Positions 14,536-25,682 of a stretch of 64,000 bases of DNA are shown in pieces. Positions within the stretch are counted from its first letter, which is position 1, and the number at the start of each line of letters is the position of its first letter. The stretch covers positions 33,914,001 through 33,978,000 of the forward strand of contig OX597825.1 in the NCBI GenBank assembly GCA_951406725.2. Direction: 5' to 3'. Below the pieces are notes generated by a model, which had not been told where the DNA came from, did no database searches, and saw nothing but the letters and a program-made list of their open reading frames with translations. Origin of the DNA: Octopus vulgaris. Lineage: Eukaryota. A program made the position numbers and the translations under genes.

Positions 14536-14689
14536 TTATTAGAATATATTGGATAAATAAGGGTTTTGAAAACCTTTTGTAAGTGATCAATTCACTTGTA
14601 ACCAATTATAAAAATGTAGTATTTAATTTTGGATTGCATGGCCAATGTATTATATAAAATATTATAACAGTTATGATTATAAATACTTG

Positions 14690-14695
14690 TTTATT
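14690..14695 (-). promoter_or_regulatory. Candidate polyadenylation signal of the minus-strand gene
   Basis: AATAAA on the minus strand about 250 nt after the stop; AT-rich context makes it weak evidence. Confidence 0.25.
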
Positions 14696-14718
14696 TATCG
14701 GAGTGTATATATAATTGT

Positions 14719-14754
<36 letters not shown>

Positions 14755-14939
14755 GTGTGCGTGTGTGTTTGTGTGTGGCAGGGTGGTATTTGGTTTGGTA
14801 TTTCAGTGAAAACATATTTCAAATATTCTATTAGGTTTTTGAAGTGTTGACATTGAGGGTTGTTTTTACGTATCTTTTTTCTGCAGATATAATTAGATTG
14901 AATTTTTAGGAGAAAACACTTTCAATTAATTTATATTAA

Positions 14940-15387
14940 TCACTTAGATTCCATATCAGTATACGTCATTTCATTTTTACCTGAGCATAAATCCTTTTCA
15001 GCTGAATTTACATAATATCCTTGATTCTCGGTGAAACATAAATCACTGTGAACAGTACATGAGCAATTTTCATTTAAATATATATCATTTATATCTGAAT
15101 ATATATTCTTTTCAACCATAAATATATCTTCTGCAACGGAATATATATTATCTTCAACCTTACATCCACCTTTTGCAACTGAAAATGCCTCAATGGAATG
15201 CAATTCCCTTTCCATCATGCAAGGATCATTTCTAATTGAATGTGCATTATTTGGGGGCAATATCTCAGCTGTTTGCTGTTTCAAGGTATTATTTGGTTGT
15301 GATTCTATCTCCTCTGGTAAACAGGTCCTTGTGGTACTCTTCTCGGTCATTTCTTCAGATATCAAATTTGATTTGGATTTCTTGTAC
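14940..15387 (-). CDS. PLAT receptor coding exon 9 (terminal): basic juxtamembrane segment and acidic Tyr-motif cytoplasmic tail
   Basis: Acceptor gctaacattttcttagacacag|G (an in-frame alternative AG gives a start at 15393). Phase 2 matches the TM exon. Reads YKKSKSNLISEEM...EDNIYSV..EKNIYSDINDIYL...MTYTDMESK*; homologous to 1-378. Confidence 0.85.
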
Positions 15388-15924
15388 CTGTGTCTAAGAA
15401 AATGTTAGCATATTTAATCAGACAACATTAAGTAGATTTTAGAATTAAATTTTGTTAACAATCACAAAAAAAAAATACTTCTTACTAATTTTTTTAATAA
15501 TGATAATGATGGTTTCAAAATTTGGTACAAGGCCAGCAATTTTCGGTTGGAGATTAATTAATTGGCAAATATTGTATTGACCCCCAAATGAATAAAACAT
15601 TAAGTTAACCTCAGTAGTATTTGAACTTAGCATGTAAAGATCCAGAAGAAATGCTGCTAAATATAGTATTTAACATGACAACAACTGTCAGTTTGATTCG
15701 TCCTAATAATAATAGTAATAATCTGTTTTATAGGCTCATGGTCTGAAATTTAGGAGGAGAGGGTTAGTCAGTTGCAGTGACTCCAGTACTCAGCTGGATG
15801 AAAGGATGATGGGTGAAGTTAGCCTTGATGGTATTTGAACCCAGAACATAAAACCAGATAAAATACTGCTCAGTATTTTGTCTGACAAGATAACAATTCT
15901 GCTAGCTTACCACCTTATCACAGC

Positions 15925-16170
15925 CTACAAAGGGCAAAAACGTGGTATGAGAAAATCCCAGGAGTCAACAAGAATGAAAGGTGCAAAATCTTGTGGGATG
16001 CAATGATTCAGTGCAATCCCCCTGACCAGACATTGGAAACTGAACCTTTTAGTGGTGGAAAAAAAAGGAAGACCATGCATGATAATCAACATAGCATAAC
16101 CTGGTGACAACAGGATCAAAGAGAAACAAGAAGAAAAACTGAACAACTATGACGATTTGAAGTGGGAAAT
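15925..16170 (+). mobile_element. R4/NeSL-type LINE fragment (restriction-like endonuclease region)
   Basis: Frameshifted translation ...CKILWDAMIQC...MIINIA*PGDNRIKEKQEEKLNNYDDLKWEI, typical of the RLE domain. Confidence 0.7.
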
Positions 16171-16594
16171 ACTTCACCATATTTGTGTGTTGGGGGTGGG
16201 CTAGATTTCTGATATTTGTCAGTTTTAGAATTGCTGATCAAATATGCTTGTGAGTGTAGCAGCAGCAGTAGCAGCCCAAAATCCAGCATATTTCTGGACA
16301 TAGTTTTTGTAATGAATGTAGAACCACTTGGACTGGTGATCAGAGAAATGTGTGCAAACACGTTTTCAGTCCTGTCAGCACCTCTTGCTTTTTGGTCATG
16401 TGATAGTCTAGCAGCATGACTAGGACTTTCTCACTTCAAATCGTCTAGCAGCATCACTAGGACCTTTGGGTACTTTTAACACAATTTGCTGTGTTGCAAG
16501 CATTGAAACATGTTTACAGTTAGAGTATAAACTTCTTCCCTTCGTCCTTCCAGTCTTATATGTCTTGAAAATGGGAGATGATGTGTTCTCTAAT
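16171..16594 (-). pseudogene. Fossil cytoplasmic exon with SEFIR/TIR-like sequence (IL-17 receptor-like)
   Basis: Acceptor ttttactctactag|A 89 nt after the TM donor, phase 2. With two frameshifts and a 37-nt insertion removed it reads ...PKVLVMLLDYHMTKKQEVLTGLKTCLHTFL*SPVQVVL...W / LLLLLLHSQAYL...HKYGEVF. The 3' end is cut by a LINE fragment. Confidence 0.5.
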
Positions 16595-16683
16595 CTAGTA
16601 GAGTAAAAATAGAGAAAAAAGTTAAAATAATAATGATACTCTAAAAGAGTCTCAGTAGTAAGATGTAGTTTTATATTACATAC

Positions 16684-16750
16684 CTGATAACTATGATGCA
16701 TAATATACAAAGCAGGACTATTGTTGGTATAAGAACACTGCAAAGAATTA
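16684..16750 (-). CDS. PLAT receptor coding exon 8: transmembrane helix
   Basis: ttaacatttcag|TA...ATCAG|gtatgt; 67 nt, phase 1->2; VILCSVLIPTIVLLCILCIIVIR. Confidence 0.88.
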
Positions 16751-16858
16751 CTGAAATGTTAAGAGAAAAATGGAAAGCATTAAAAAAGAGAATTTGCTTA
16801 TTTGATTTTTGCTTCTTTAATGGTCAAACATTTCAACAATTTGTAGCTTTTTTGTTAC

Positions 16859-17128
16859 CTTTAATATTATTTGAATTCATTCAAACACCATGTATCATTT
16901 TAATCAACTTTCATACTGTATTTAGGAGGAGAACCATCTCAAATATTCTTTCTCTGAAGTCATTGTTCTGATGAACATCAACACAATTTGCTGCTTTCTC
17001 ACTCCTCACACATCGTCTGGACTGGTCTGGGGTGGGTGGGCTGAAGTATTCAGTCATTCTGAATGGTTGACACCGAATCTCCACCTCCATCAAATATGAA
17101 ATTAATTGCATTTTACCACTAATCCACA
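16859..17128 (-). pseudogene. Fossil symmetric (1-1) 270-nt ectodomain-like exon
   Basis: cttacag|TG...AAAG|gtaaca; reads WISGKMQLISYLMEVEIRCQPF...RRCVRSEK...NCV but has two in-frame TGA codons near its 3' end. Confidence 0.5.
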
Positions 17129-17519
17129 CTGTAAGATCCTAACAACTAATTATCACAGAGAAAAAGCAAGCTAAAGAACCTACATGAAATCGCAACCAAA
17201 TGTCCCTTGAAGGTAAGAAACACTAGAAAAGCATGTAGTTAACTGGTAAAAAAAACAACTACCATCTAATCAATCTAAAACAGTTTGAAACAGTTATTTC
17301 ACAAGACATTACTGTATTGTTAAAAAGATTGCTTCAAATCCATGTGGTTCCAGGTTCAATCCCCCTCTGGAAAATTTCGGATCAGTGAATAAATTACTTT
17401 TCCAATAGCTTCATGTTGATCAATATCTTATGAATAGCAGACCAAAATTGTGATGAATCCTGTTGTGTATGCTGTTGGTTTGTTTGTATGATTGTATGTA
17501 TGTAGGTATGTAAGTTATG

Positions 17520-18060
17520 TCAGGACACTTTCGAGTGCTACTGGTAATATGTAACCCAGTACAACCTGTTGCATGGTTGGGCCATCGGCGACTAAACCGG
17601 CAACCCCACCAAGCTTGCTTGGTGAGGAGGATGTTTATTGGACACCCTGCAGGATGAAAAACAAAACCCGTCAAAGGGCAGAGGAACTCTTGAGAGTCAA
17701 CTGCCATCCAATAAATGTGTAATTTTTTTTTCTTAAGGCTTAAGGCTGTATCATGTGCGGGGACATAGAAATAATCAGACTGAATACCCGATCACGCGCT
17801 TAAACCATTGGGAGTGAAGGACTCCTAGCCTTTGTTAGGGCATCCTTCTAGGAGAAGATAACTCAGGTAATTGGGATAACTCCGACATAAAACCTGTGGC
17901 TCAGTGGTTACCGATGATGTTGACTTGTTCTTCTTTTCGGATTATGGCTGCTGTTGTTTAGTGAGTGGGATTGAGTCAGTGCACAACCTTTCCTCACTTA
18001 AGAAAAATCTTCTTGCACAGGCATTGCATGATAACAACATTGTTCATGATTGTTGATGGT
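17520..18060 (+). mobile_element. Probable LINE (RTE-like) 5' UTR fragment
   Basis: GC-richer block with agggcatccttctaggagaagataactc, resembling RTE 5' leaders as recalled; no ORF. Confidence 0.35.
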
Positions 18061-18906
18061 GCTGTGAGTCTCAACTGAATGGCTGGCTGTTGCCTTAAAA
18101 AACAAATAAAAGTCACTTTCGATCACAGCACCAATAACAGTTAAGCTTTGTGCAATGGCCATACTCGATAACGAAGGGGCAGCCATCATGTATGTATGTA
18201 TGTATGTATGTATGTATGTACAGACGTTAGTAGGTAGTTATGTACATATATATGCATGTGTGTGTATAAATTACATGCACACACACACACACATGCATGT
18301 ATGTATATATACCACCATCAACATCTTATGTCAGTTTTCCATGTTGATATGGCCTGGATGGTTTGACAGAATCCAAGAGATTAGAGGATGATGTCTTGCT
18401 CAGATATCTCAGGTTCAGCATGGTTTTTACAGCTGGATAATCTTCCTAATTCAAACCACTTTACAAAGTGTACTGGATGCAGGTTTTCTGACATCGACAC
18501 TAAAGAGGTTGTCATGCTTTTGTGTCATCTCAACCATGCGCCGGCTGAAAGGGAGAATAAGAGGAAAAAGGATGACTCTAGGTGAGGTGTTGAGGGAATA
18601 GTTAAAATAGGGTGGAAAGAACACTTTTATTGTTGTGAGACAGCAATTGTCAAGAGGAAACAATATTGGATTGGTGTAATGGAAATGACATGAGGAGATG
18701 GAAGGGAAAGATTAGTGTCACTGGTTAGTCATAGAGAGAGGAGGGAGAGTGAAAGCAAGCAGGAGAAAAAGTAGGTAGTTTTATAGAAATCAGCTGCTCT
18801 GCAGATGTGAATATATCATCTATAACCAAATAGAAAAGGATGACTTTGGATGGCTGCTTACTTTACAATATTATATTCTTAGATATATTGTAAAATACAC
18901 TCATAC

Positions 18907-18969
18907 CTATTTTTCTTTGAGCTTTCTTATTAAGCTTCTTATTAGCAGAGGCTGAAGTATTATCAGTAT
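18907..18969 (-). CDS. PLAT receptor coding exon 7: juxtamembrane stalk
   Basis: tttgtatttgtag|AT...ATAG|gtatga; 63 nt, phase 1->1; DTDNTSASANKKLNKKAQRKI. Confidence 0.8.
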   Translation of the reverse strand: MLIILQPLLIRSLIRKLKEK

Positions 18970-19439
18970 CTACAAATACAAAAAACAAAAATAAATAATA
19001 TCATTAAGCTAAATTTCAACATATTTTTTGCTTTTAATTTGCAATTAAATTCTACAGAATAAATGATACAATATTAAAAGATACTGTATATTTCATAGTT
19101 CTCTGTGAACTTCCAGCTTCCTTGCTATTCTCAAAACAATCATTTAATGTTCACATCTACAACTTGTAAATAAAAATATACATACATATATCAAAATATA
19201 CATACATGCATATAGATACATATGTGTGTGTGTGTATACACATTCTTTTATTCTTTTACTTGTTTCAGTTGTTTGATTGTGGCCAGATTGAACCACCGCT
19301 TTTTAGTCAAAGAAATCGACCCCCTGGGATTATTCTTTGTAAGTCTGATGCTTATTCTATCGGTTTCTTTTGCCGAACTGCTAAGTTACAGAGATGTAAA
19401 CACACCAACATCGGTTGTCTCACACACACATATAAAGAT

Positions 19440-20030
19440 ATACATAGCGACACCGCTATTCAGACTCACTTGAATAAATATCTATCTTGTATGCACTTCA
19501 CCTGCACTTCTACCAATGTCATCTACTGCATTTCCTGCTCTCTGCTCTAGTACATGGAACTTCATCAGAGTGAATACAAATGCATAAAATAAAATAAACG
19601 ATGGGAAGAGGGAATAGGAAAGAACAGGGCCTCGAGAAGAGGAAAGAAGGCTCAATATATTAAAATCATACCATCTTGCAGCGTGGAGCTCTGAAGTCGA
19701 TAGGCAAAAGAATGATCTAGCAGTGATCTAGTAGTGGTCTATATAGAAATAACCCGTAAATATTTCCATAGACCACTGCTAGTTCACTGTTTTGACTATC
19801 GACTTCAAAGCTCCAAACTGCAAGATGGTATGATTTTAATATATTGAGCCTTCGGGCCTCTTTCCAAGGCACTGTACTTTCCTGTTCCCTCTTCCCTTTG
19901 TTTCTTTTATTTTATACCTTTGTATTCACTCTGATGAAGCTCCATGTACTAGATTGAATGTGCTATGACGATGAATATTATTTTCTATTGTAGGCACCGA
20001 CTAATATTGGAAACGGAAACAGCTGTAAGA
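19440..20030 (+). mobile_element. Penelope-like element remnant: start of GIY-YIG, ~200-bp-arm hairpin (19548-19952) and degenerate hammerhead
   Basis: HFTCTSTNVIYCISC; inverted arms; ct-CTGATGA (19931)...GAAA-cagctg-TA-ag (20016-20029). Confidence 0.7.
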
Positions 20031-20302
20031 AATGTTATGTGAAAGAAATGTTATGTTATGTTATGCATTAAAAAATAATCTACCAACGTGGTCTAATTTG
20101 TTTGTGTGTTGATCAAAAGTTTTCTCCCTTTTCTGATTATATATATATGGGGATGTCCAGAGATGCACTTGTGTACATACGTGTGTGTGTGTGTATGTAT
20201 GTGTGTGTGTGTGTGATTGTATATGTATGAGGGTATATGTGAGTGTATTTACGTGTGCATGTGGGCTGGGTTGCATGAATATATATATATATATATATAT
20301 AT

Positions 20303-21050
20303 ACAGGGGTTGGACAAAATAATGAAAACACCTAGCATCATAGCATCATTATTTTGAGATATCTATGAAACTGTCAAAAACTTGTTTATTTTTATGTTTT
20401 TTATGTGTTACTTAATATGTTTTACTAAAATTTTTGCTTCTTTTCATATATCACCGGGAAAAGGTAATTAAAATTCACTAAAATTACAGATCTATTGGAC
20501 TTTCAAAGAGGTCAAATTGTTGGTGCTTGTATGGCAGGCGCTAGCGTAATGAAAACAGCTGAAATGTTTGGTATATCAAGAAGTACTGTTTCGATAGTAA
20601 TGACAACTTTTGAGAAAGAAGGAAAAAACCTCCTCGTCAAAACAAAACTCCGGAAGAAAACCAAAACTTTCAGATAGGGACCGTTGGACTCTTACGTGAA
20701 TTCTTAGAAAGGATTACAAAAGTACAGCTCCCAAAATTACTACAGAGCTTACTGACCACCTCGAGAACCCAGTTTCAACAAAAACCATTTGTCGAGAACT
20801 GCACAAAGCCGGATTTCACGGGAGGGCTGCAATCAGAAAACCACTACTTTCAAAAACAAATGTTGCAAAGCGTTTAGAGTGGAGTAAAAACCTACAGAAT
20901 TTGTCCCTAGTGCAATGGAAGAATGCTATTTTCTTGGACAAGTAATCCTTTACCTTATTTCTGACCAAAGGCTGAGCATACGTGAGGAAACAGCCAAAAG
21001 AAGCATTTGACCCGTACTGCCTTCTTCCCACATGAGGGAGGATCTGAGAT
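20303..21050 (+). mobile_element. Tc1-like transposon, left TIR plus decayed transposase, 3' truncated
   Basis: ta|caggggttggacaaaataatgaaaacac TIR; DFQRGQIVGACMAGASVMKTAEMFGISRSTVS HTH. Confidence 0.85.
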
Positions 21051-21054
21051 GCTT

Positions 21055-21446
21055 TCCATTCTGTCCGCATTCATCCATCAGGCCATACATAGGATGGGAC
21101 TTGTTTAGCTCGATCTTCTGATGATGTTTCCCTTTTTTATTCTTTCACTAATCTCTCTGTGAATTGTGTCATCGCTGTCAACAACCTGTAGCCTTCTCAA
21201 CCTGCAGCCCCTCTTTGTCAAGAACTCAGTAACAATACAAATAATAGGTTTCAAGGAGAAATAGTGTACTGTTACTGAGTTCTTGACAAAGAGGGGCTGC
21301 AGGTTGAGAAGGCTACAGGTTGTTGACAGCGATGACACAATTCACAGAGAGATTAGTGAAAGAATAAAAAACAATATTATCAGAAGGTTGAACTAAACAA
21401 GTCCTATTCTATGTATGGACTGAGGGATGAATATGGACAGAATGGA
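21055..21446. repeat. Long inverted repeat; inner ~100 bp of the arms identical, 35-nt loop
   Basis: 21133-21234 is the reverse complement of 21270-21370; the outer arms are more diverged. Confidence 0.9.
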
Positions 21447-21518
21447 GAGATGAATGAAGAAGTTTAAAGAAGGCAGAACCAGCATTCCAGATACACTAAA
21501 AATCAAAGAAATACATAC

Positions 21519-21638
21519 CAAGAACTGATATTGATGTATTTTCCTCTGAATCAGTTTGTTCATCTACTGTAGTAAATATCATTATGTTAGGGGTACTGTC
21601 ATATGGAGTATATGGAACAGTTGGTTCCTTAACTTTAT
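21519..21638 (-). CDS. PLAT receptor coding exon 6: stalk copy A
   Basis: cttgacttttttttaatgcccag|AT...CTTG|gtatgt; 120 nt, phase 1->1; DKVKEPTVPYTPYDSTPNIMIFTTVDEQTDSEENTSISVL. Confidence 0.82.
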
Positions 21639-21892
21639 CTGGGCATTAAAAAAAAGTCAAGCATGTAAATCTTTTGTCTTTTACTAAAAATATATAGATG
21701 CATGTACATGCATGCATACACGGGCACATACACACACAAATATATATTTATACATATACATATATATGTATATGTGCAAGTACATAGCAAAAATTTAGAT
21801 TCAGATGAATTAGGCATTTAGTATGGTATTATCTATGCAGTTTCAAAATAAGGTGATTAAAATCAAAATAAGCAGCAGGATATCCAGAGGTA

Positions 21893-21981
21893 ATGCAGTA
21901 CGATCGTTTCAAGCAACTCCATTTAATTGAACAATGCAATCAATACATCAATTTAAAATGTAGAGCAATCCTCAGCTGCAT
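21893..21981 (-). ncRNA. Type I hammerhead ribozyme (Penelope-type), sense to the host gene
   Basis: atgcag-CTGAGGA-extended stem II-GAAA-cgatcg-TA-ctgcat; 6-bp stem I, palindromic stem III. A partial inverted copy lies at about 22350-22437. Confidence 0.65.
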
Positions 21982-22571
21982 AAAAACATAGAATTAAACT
22001 AAATTAAAACAAGTGGGCACATTAGTATAATTTTACCTAAAACCTCCAAGAAAGTAAGGAGATAGGCAAAGATCATGCTATCATCACTTCAGCTTAGAAG
22101 CTCCATGCTGGCATGGACTGAACGGTTTGACTGACGACTGGTAAACCAGGAGGCTGCATCAGGCCTCAATCTTTTCTGGCAAGGTCTCTACAGCTGGATG
22201 CCCTTCCTAACGCCAACCACCCCGAGAGTGTAGTGGGTGCTTTTTAAGCGTCACTGGCACAGAAGCCAGTCAAATGGCACTAGCGTCGATCATGCTCGAA
22301 ATGTGCTTTTTACGTGCCACTGCCATTGGCAGTAGCCGGTGGTGCATAAATTGATGTAATGATTGCATTGTTCAATTAAATGGAGTCACTTGAAACGATC
22401 ATACTGCATTGCCTCTGGATATCCTGTTGCTTATTTTATGTATATACATATATATGTATATACATATATATACACCTATATATATGTATATATATATGTA
22501 TATATATGTGTGTATATATGTATATATATGTGTATATATATGTGTGTATCATATACATATATACATACATG

Positions 22572-22615
<44 letters not shown>

Positions 22616-22991
22616 TATTATTTGATTGTTTCACTTGCACGATTTTCACTAAGAAAAAGAAAAAAACTCAAATTTTTTACATCGAATGAAGTACCATGTC
22701 CTCCTAATATGCTGCAAATCCCTTATTTTTGTTCGGAAAAAGGGGTGTGTAGGAAACTGACCCCACCCCATTCCAGAATCATTGGGTATTTCTTGTTTTT
22801 TGTCATTGAATGAATTCCGGTCACTTCTAAAATGCTATAAATCCCTATTTTGGGTCCGGAATTCGAGGTGGGTTGGTGGAACCCTAGGAAATTTCACCCC
22901 ACCTCCATTTTCAAATATTTTTTGGTATTTTTTTCTTTACCCATAATTTTAGATAACATTTTGCAGAAATACGTTTCTGAGAGAGTGTAGA

Positions 22992-23074
22992 TTACATTAG
23001 ACTGAAAATGCAAAGAAGTTGCAAATGAATAAGTGAAAATGCAGAGGTTATAGAAGTTAGTGGTAACAAAGTGT
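22992..23074 (-). CDS. Candidate alternative terminal exon encoding a GPI-signal-like hydrophobic C-terminus
   Basis: Strong acceptor tttgtccttcgttatctctccag|AC, phase 1; DTLLPLTSITSAFSLIHLQLLCIFSLM*. Confidence 0.4.
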
Positions 23075-23167
23075 CTGGAGAGATAACGAAGGACAAATCA
23101 TAGTTTTTGCATGTGTGTGTGAAACGAAGTAAAAGTATAATATTGAAAGAAAATATCTTTTTACTAC

Positions 23168-23280
23168 CTCTTAAAATCACTGGATATAACATATGTAATA
23201 ATCCCAGATTGCAGAATATATTTTAAAAACTAAAGCATTTCCCATTGCAATTTTTGGTGCCGAAATCTGTCATTTTAGTG

Positions 23281-23313
<33 letters not shown>

Positions 23314-24046
23314 TGCGTGATGAAGTGGATGAACTAAACTTTGAATGGTGTAACAATATATAATAATTATATATGTCATTATATATCATCATCATCATCA
23401 TAACGTTTGCTTTCCATGCTGGCATGGGTTGGATGGTTTGACTGAGGACTGGCAAGCCAGGAGGCTGCAGTCAGGCTCCAGTCTGTTCTGACAAGGTTTC
23501 TACAGCTGGATGTCCTTCCTAACGCCAGTCACTCAGAGAGTGTAATAGGTGCTTTCTAAGCGCCACTGGCACAGAGGCCAGTCAGATGGCACTGGCATCG
23601 ATCATGCTCGAATTGTGCTTTTTATGTGCCACCTGACTGACCCTCATTCCAGTGACGCTTAGAAAGCACCTATTACACTCTCTGAGTGACTGGCGTTAGG
23701 AAGGGCATCCAGCTGTAGAAACCTTGTCAGAACAGACTGGAGCCTGATTGCAGCCTCCTGGCTTGCCAGTCCTCAGTCAAACCGTCCAACCCATGCCAGC
23801 ATGGAAAGCAGACGCTATGATGATGATGATGATATATGATGATATATAATGATATATATATAATTATGATATATTGTTACACCATTCAAAGTTTAGTTCA
23901 TCCACTTCGTCACCCACTCTCTCTTTCCCCACACTAAAATGACACTGATTTCGGCGCCAATAATTGCAATGGGAAATGCTTTAGTTTTTAAAATCTATTC
24001 TGCAACCTGGGATTATTATATATATTATGTCCAGTGATTTTAAGAG
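23168..24046. repeat. Inverted duplication with ~400-bp arms (SINE plus flanking sequence)
   Basis: 23168-23560 is the reverse complement of about 23650-24046 at high identity. Confidence 0.9.
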
Positions 24047-25105
24047 AAGAAGGGAAGAAAGGGAAACAAAGAAACGGGAATAGTAGGATCAGTGAAAAAA
24101 TAAGGAAAATATAATATCAGAAGAAGATTGAGCTAAATGAGTCCTATCTTGTGGATCTTTATCTATCTGGGTAGCAAGCATGATGGTAGAATATGAGAGA
24201 TGATTGGTTTCTCATAACTCTCCAGATTTTAAGTTGGTTGAACTAATTTACAGAAAAGGTTTTGTGAGTAAATTTTTAAACTAGCAAAAGTTCAGTTTGG
24301 ATAAACCAAATGTAGTGTGATTCAAGACAGTATATAATTATATAAATCTGGTTATAAAGACCAATCCATCAATGTAAAAATTAAATCAAAGAAAAGTTCA
24401 TTTGGGAAATACATTTCAAAAGGATTTAAGAATAGTGTATTCAGCTTGTTATGAGGACTGCAACTAAAATAAAGCAAAAGTAGGTGTAACTTTTTAAGTA
24501 ACTGACATAGGTCATTCACATTGTATATGTTGGTACAATAACACTTCCATAGTGATGCTTCTTGCTTGTATTATTTCTCTTCATTAAGGCAGCAAACTGG
24601 AAGGATTGTTAGCTGGATGGACAAAATACTCAGCAGCATTTTGTCCATCTTATGTTCTGAGTTTAAATGCTGCATGAGTTGACTTTGTCTTTTTTGGTTG
24701 ATGAAATAAGTACCAGCTGTGCAGTGGGATCACTGTAATCGACTAGCCCCCTCCCCCAAAATCTCAGGCATTGTATCTATAATAGAAAGGATTTTTCTTC
24801 TTCATTGTAAACAAATAATAGGTTTCAAGGAGAAATAGTGTACTGTTACTGAGTTCTTGACAAAGAGGGGCTGCAGGCTGAGACAGCTACAGGTTATTGA
24901 CAGCGATGACACAATTCGCAGAGAGATTAGTGAAAGAATAAAAAAGGGAAACATACAATATTATCAGAAGATGATTGAGCTAAACATGTCCTATCCTATG
25001 TATGGCCTGATGGATGTATATGGACAGAATGGAGAGATGGTTGAAGAAGTTTATAGAAGGCGGAACTAGCATTCCATATACACTGTAAATCAAAGAAATA
25101 CACAC

Positions 25106-25225
25106 CATGAACTGATGCTGATGTATTTTCACCTGAATCTGTTTGGTCATTTGCTGTAGTAATTCTCCTTATGTTCGGGGTCCTGCCATTTGGATTATAT
25201 GGAATATTTGGTTCCTTAACATTAT
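25106..25225 (-). CDS. PLAT receptor coding exon 5: stalk copy B
   Basis: Same acceptor as copy A; donor CATG|gtgtgt; 120 nt, phase 1->1; DNVKEPNIPYNPNGRTPNIRRITTANDQTDSGENTSASVH. Confidence 0.8.
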
Positions 25226-25682
25226 CTGGGCATTAAAAAAAAGTCAAGCATATAAATCTTTTGCCTTTTACTAAATATATATACACACACACATATATTT
25301 ATACATATGCATATATATGTATATATGTGTGTGTATGTATATATGTGTGTGTGTGTATATGTGTGTGTGTGTATGTGTGGGTGTGTATCATATATACATA
25401 CATACATGCATATATATACACATACATACATACATACATACATACATACATTCATACATACATACATACATACATACATACATACATACATACACATATT
25501 ATTTGAATGTTTCACCTGCATGATTTTCACTAAGAGAAAAATAGTAGATGACAGCCGACAACTGATGAAGGGTCCTTTCTCCCTATTTACTTGTCCTGTT
25601 TTCCATTTTTTCTCATTGTTTACTTATTTAACTCTTTTGTTTACGTATTTCATGTTGATTGTACTGTGGGTATATATACATA

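Noticed and set aside
16216-16971. Plus-strand ORFs 16216-16419 and 16693-16971
   Set aside because: Antisense shadows of the minus-strand exons and fossil exons.
17560-17710. HDV-like ribozyme in the putative RTE 5' leader
   Set aside because: I could not build the nested double pseudoknot by eye; needs an RNArobo or Infernal search.
21639-21683. Longer version of stalk exon A using the upstream AG (tttttag|TAAAAGAC)
   Set aside because: Contains an in-frame TAA; the downstream CAG has a better branch point and pyrimidine tract.
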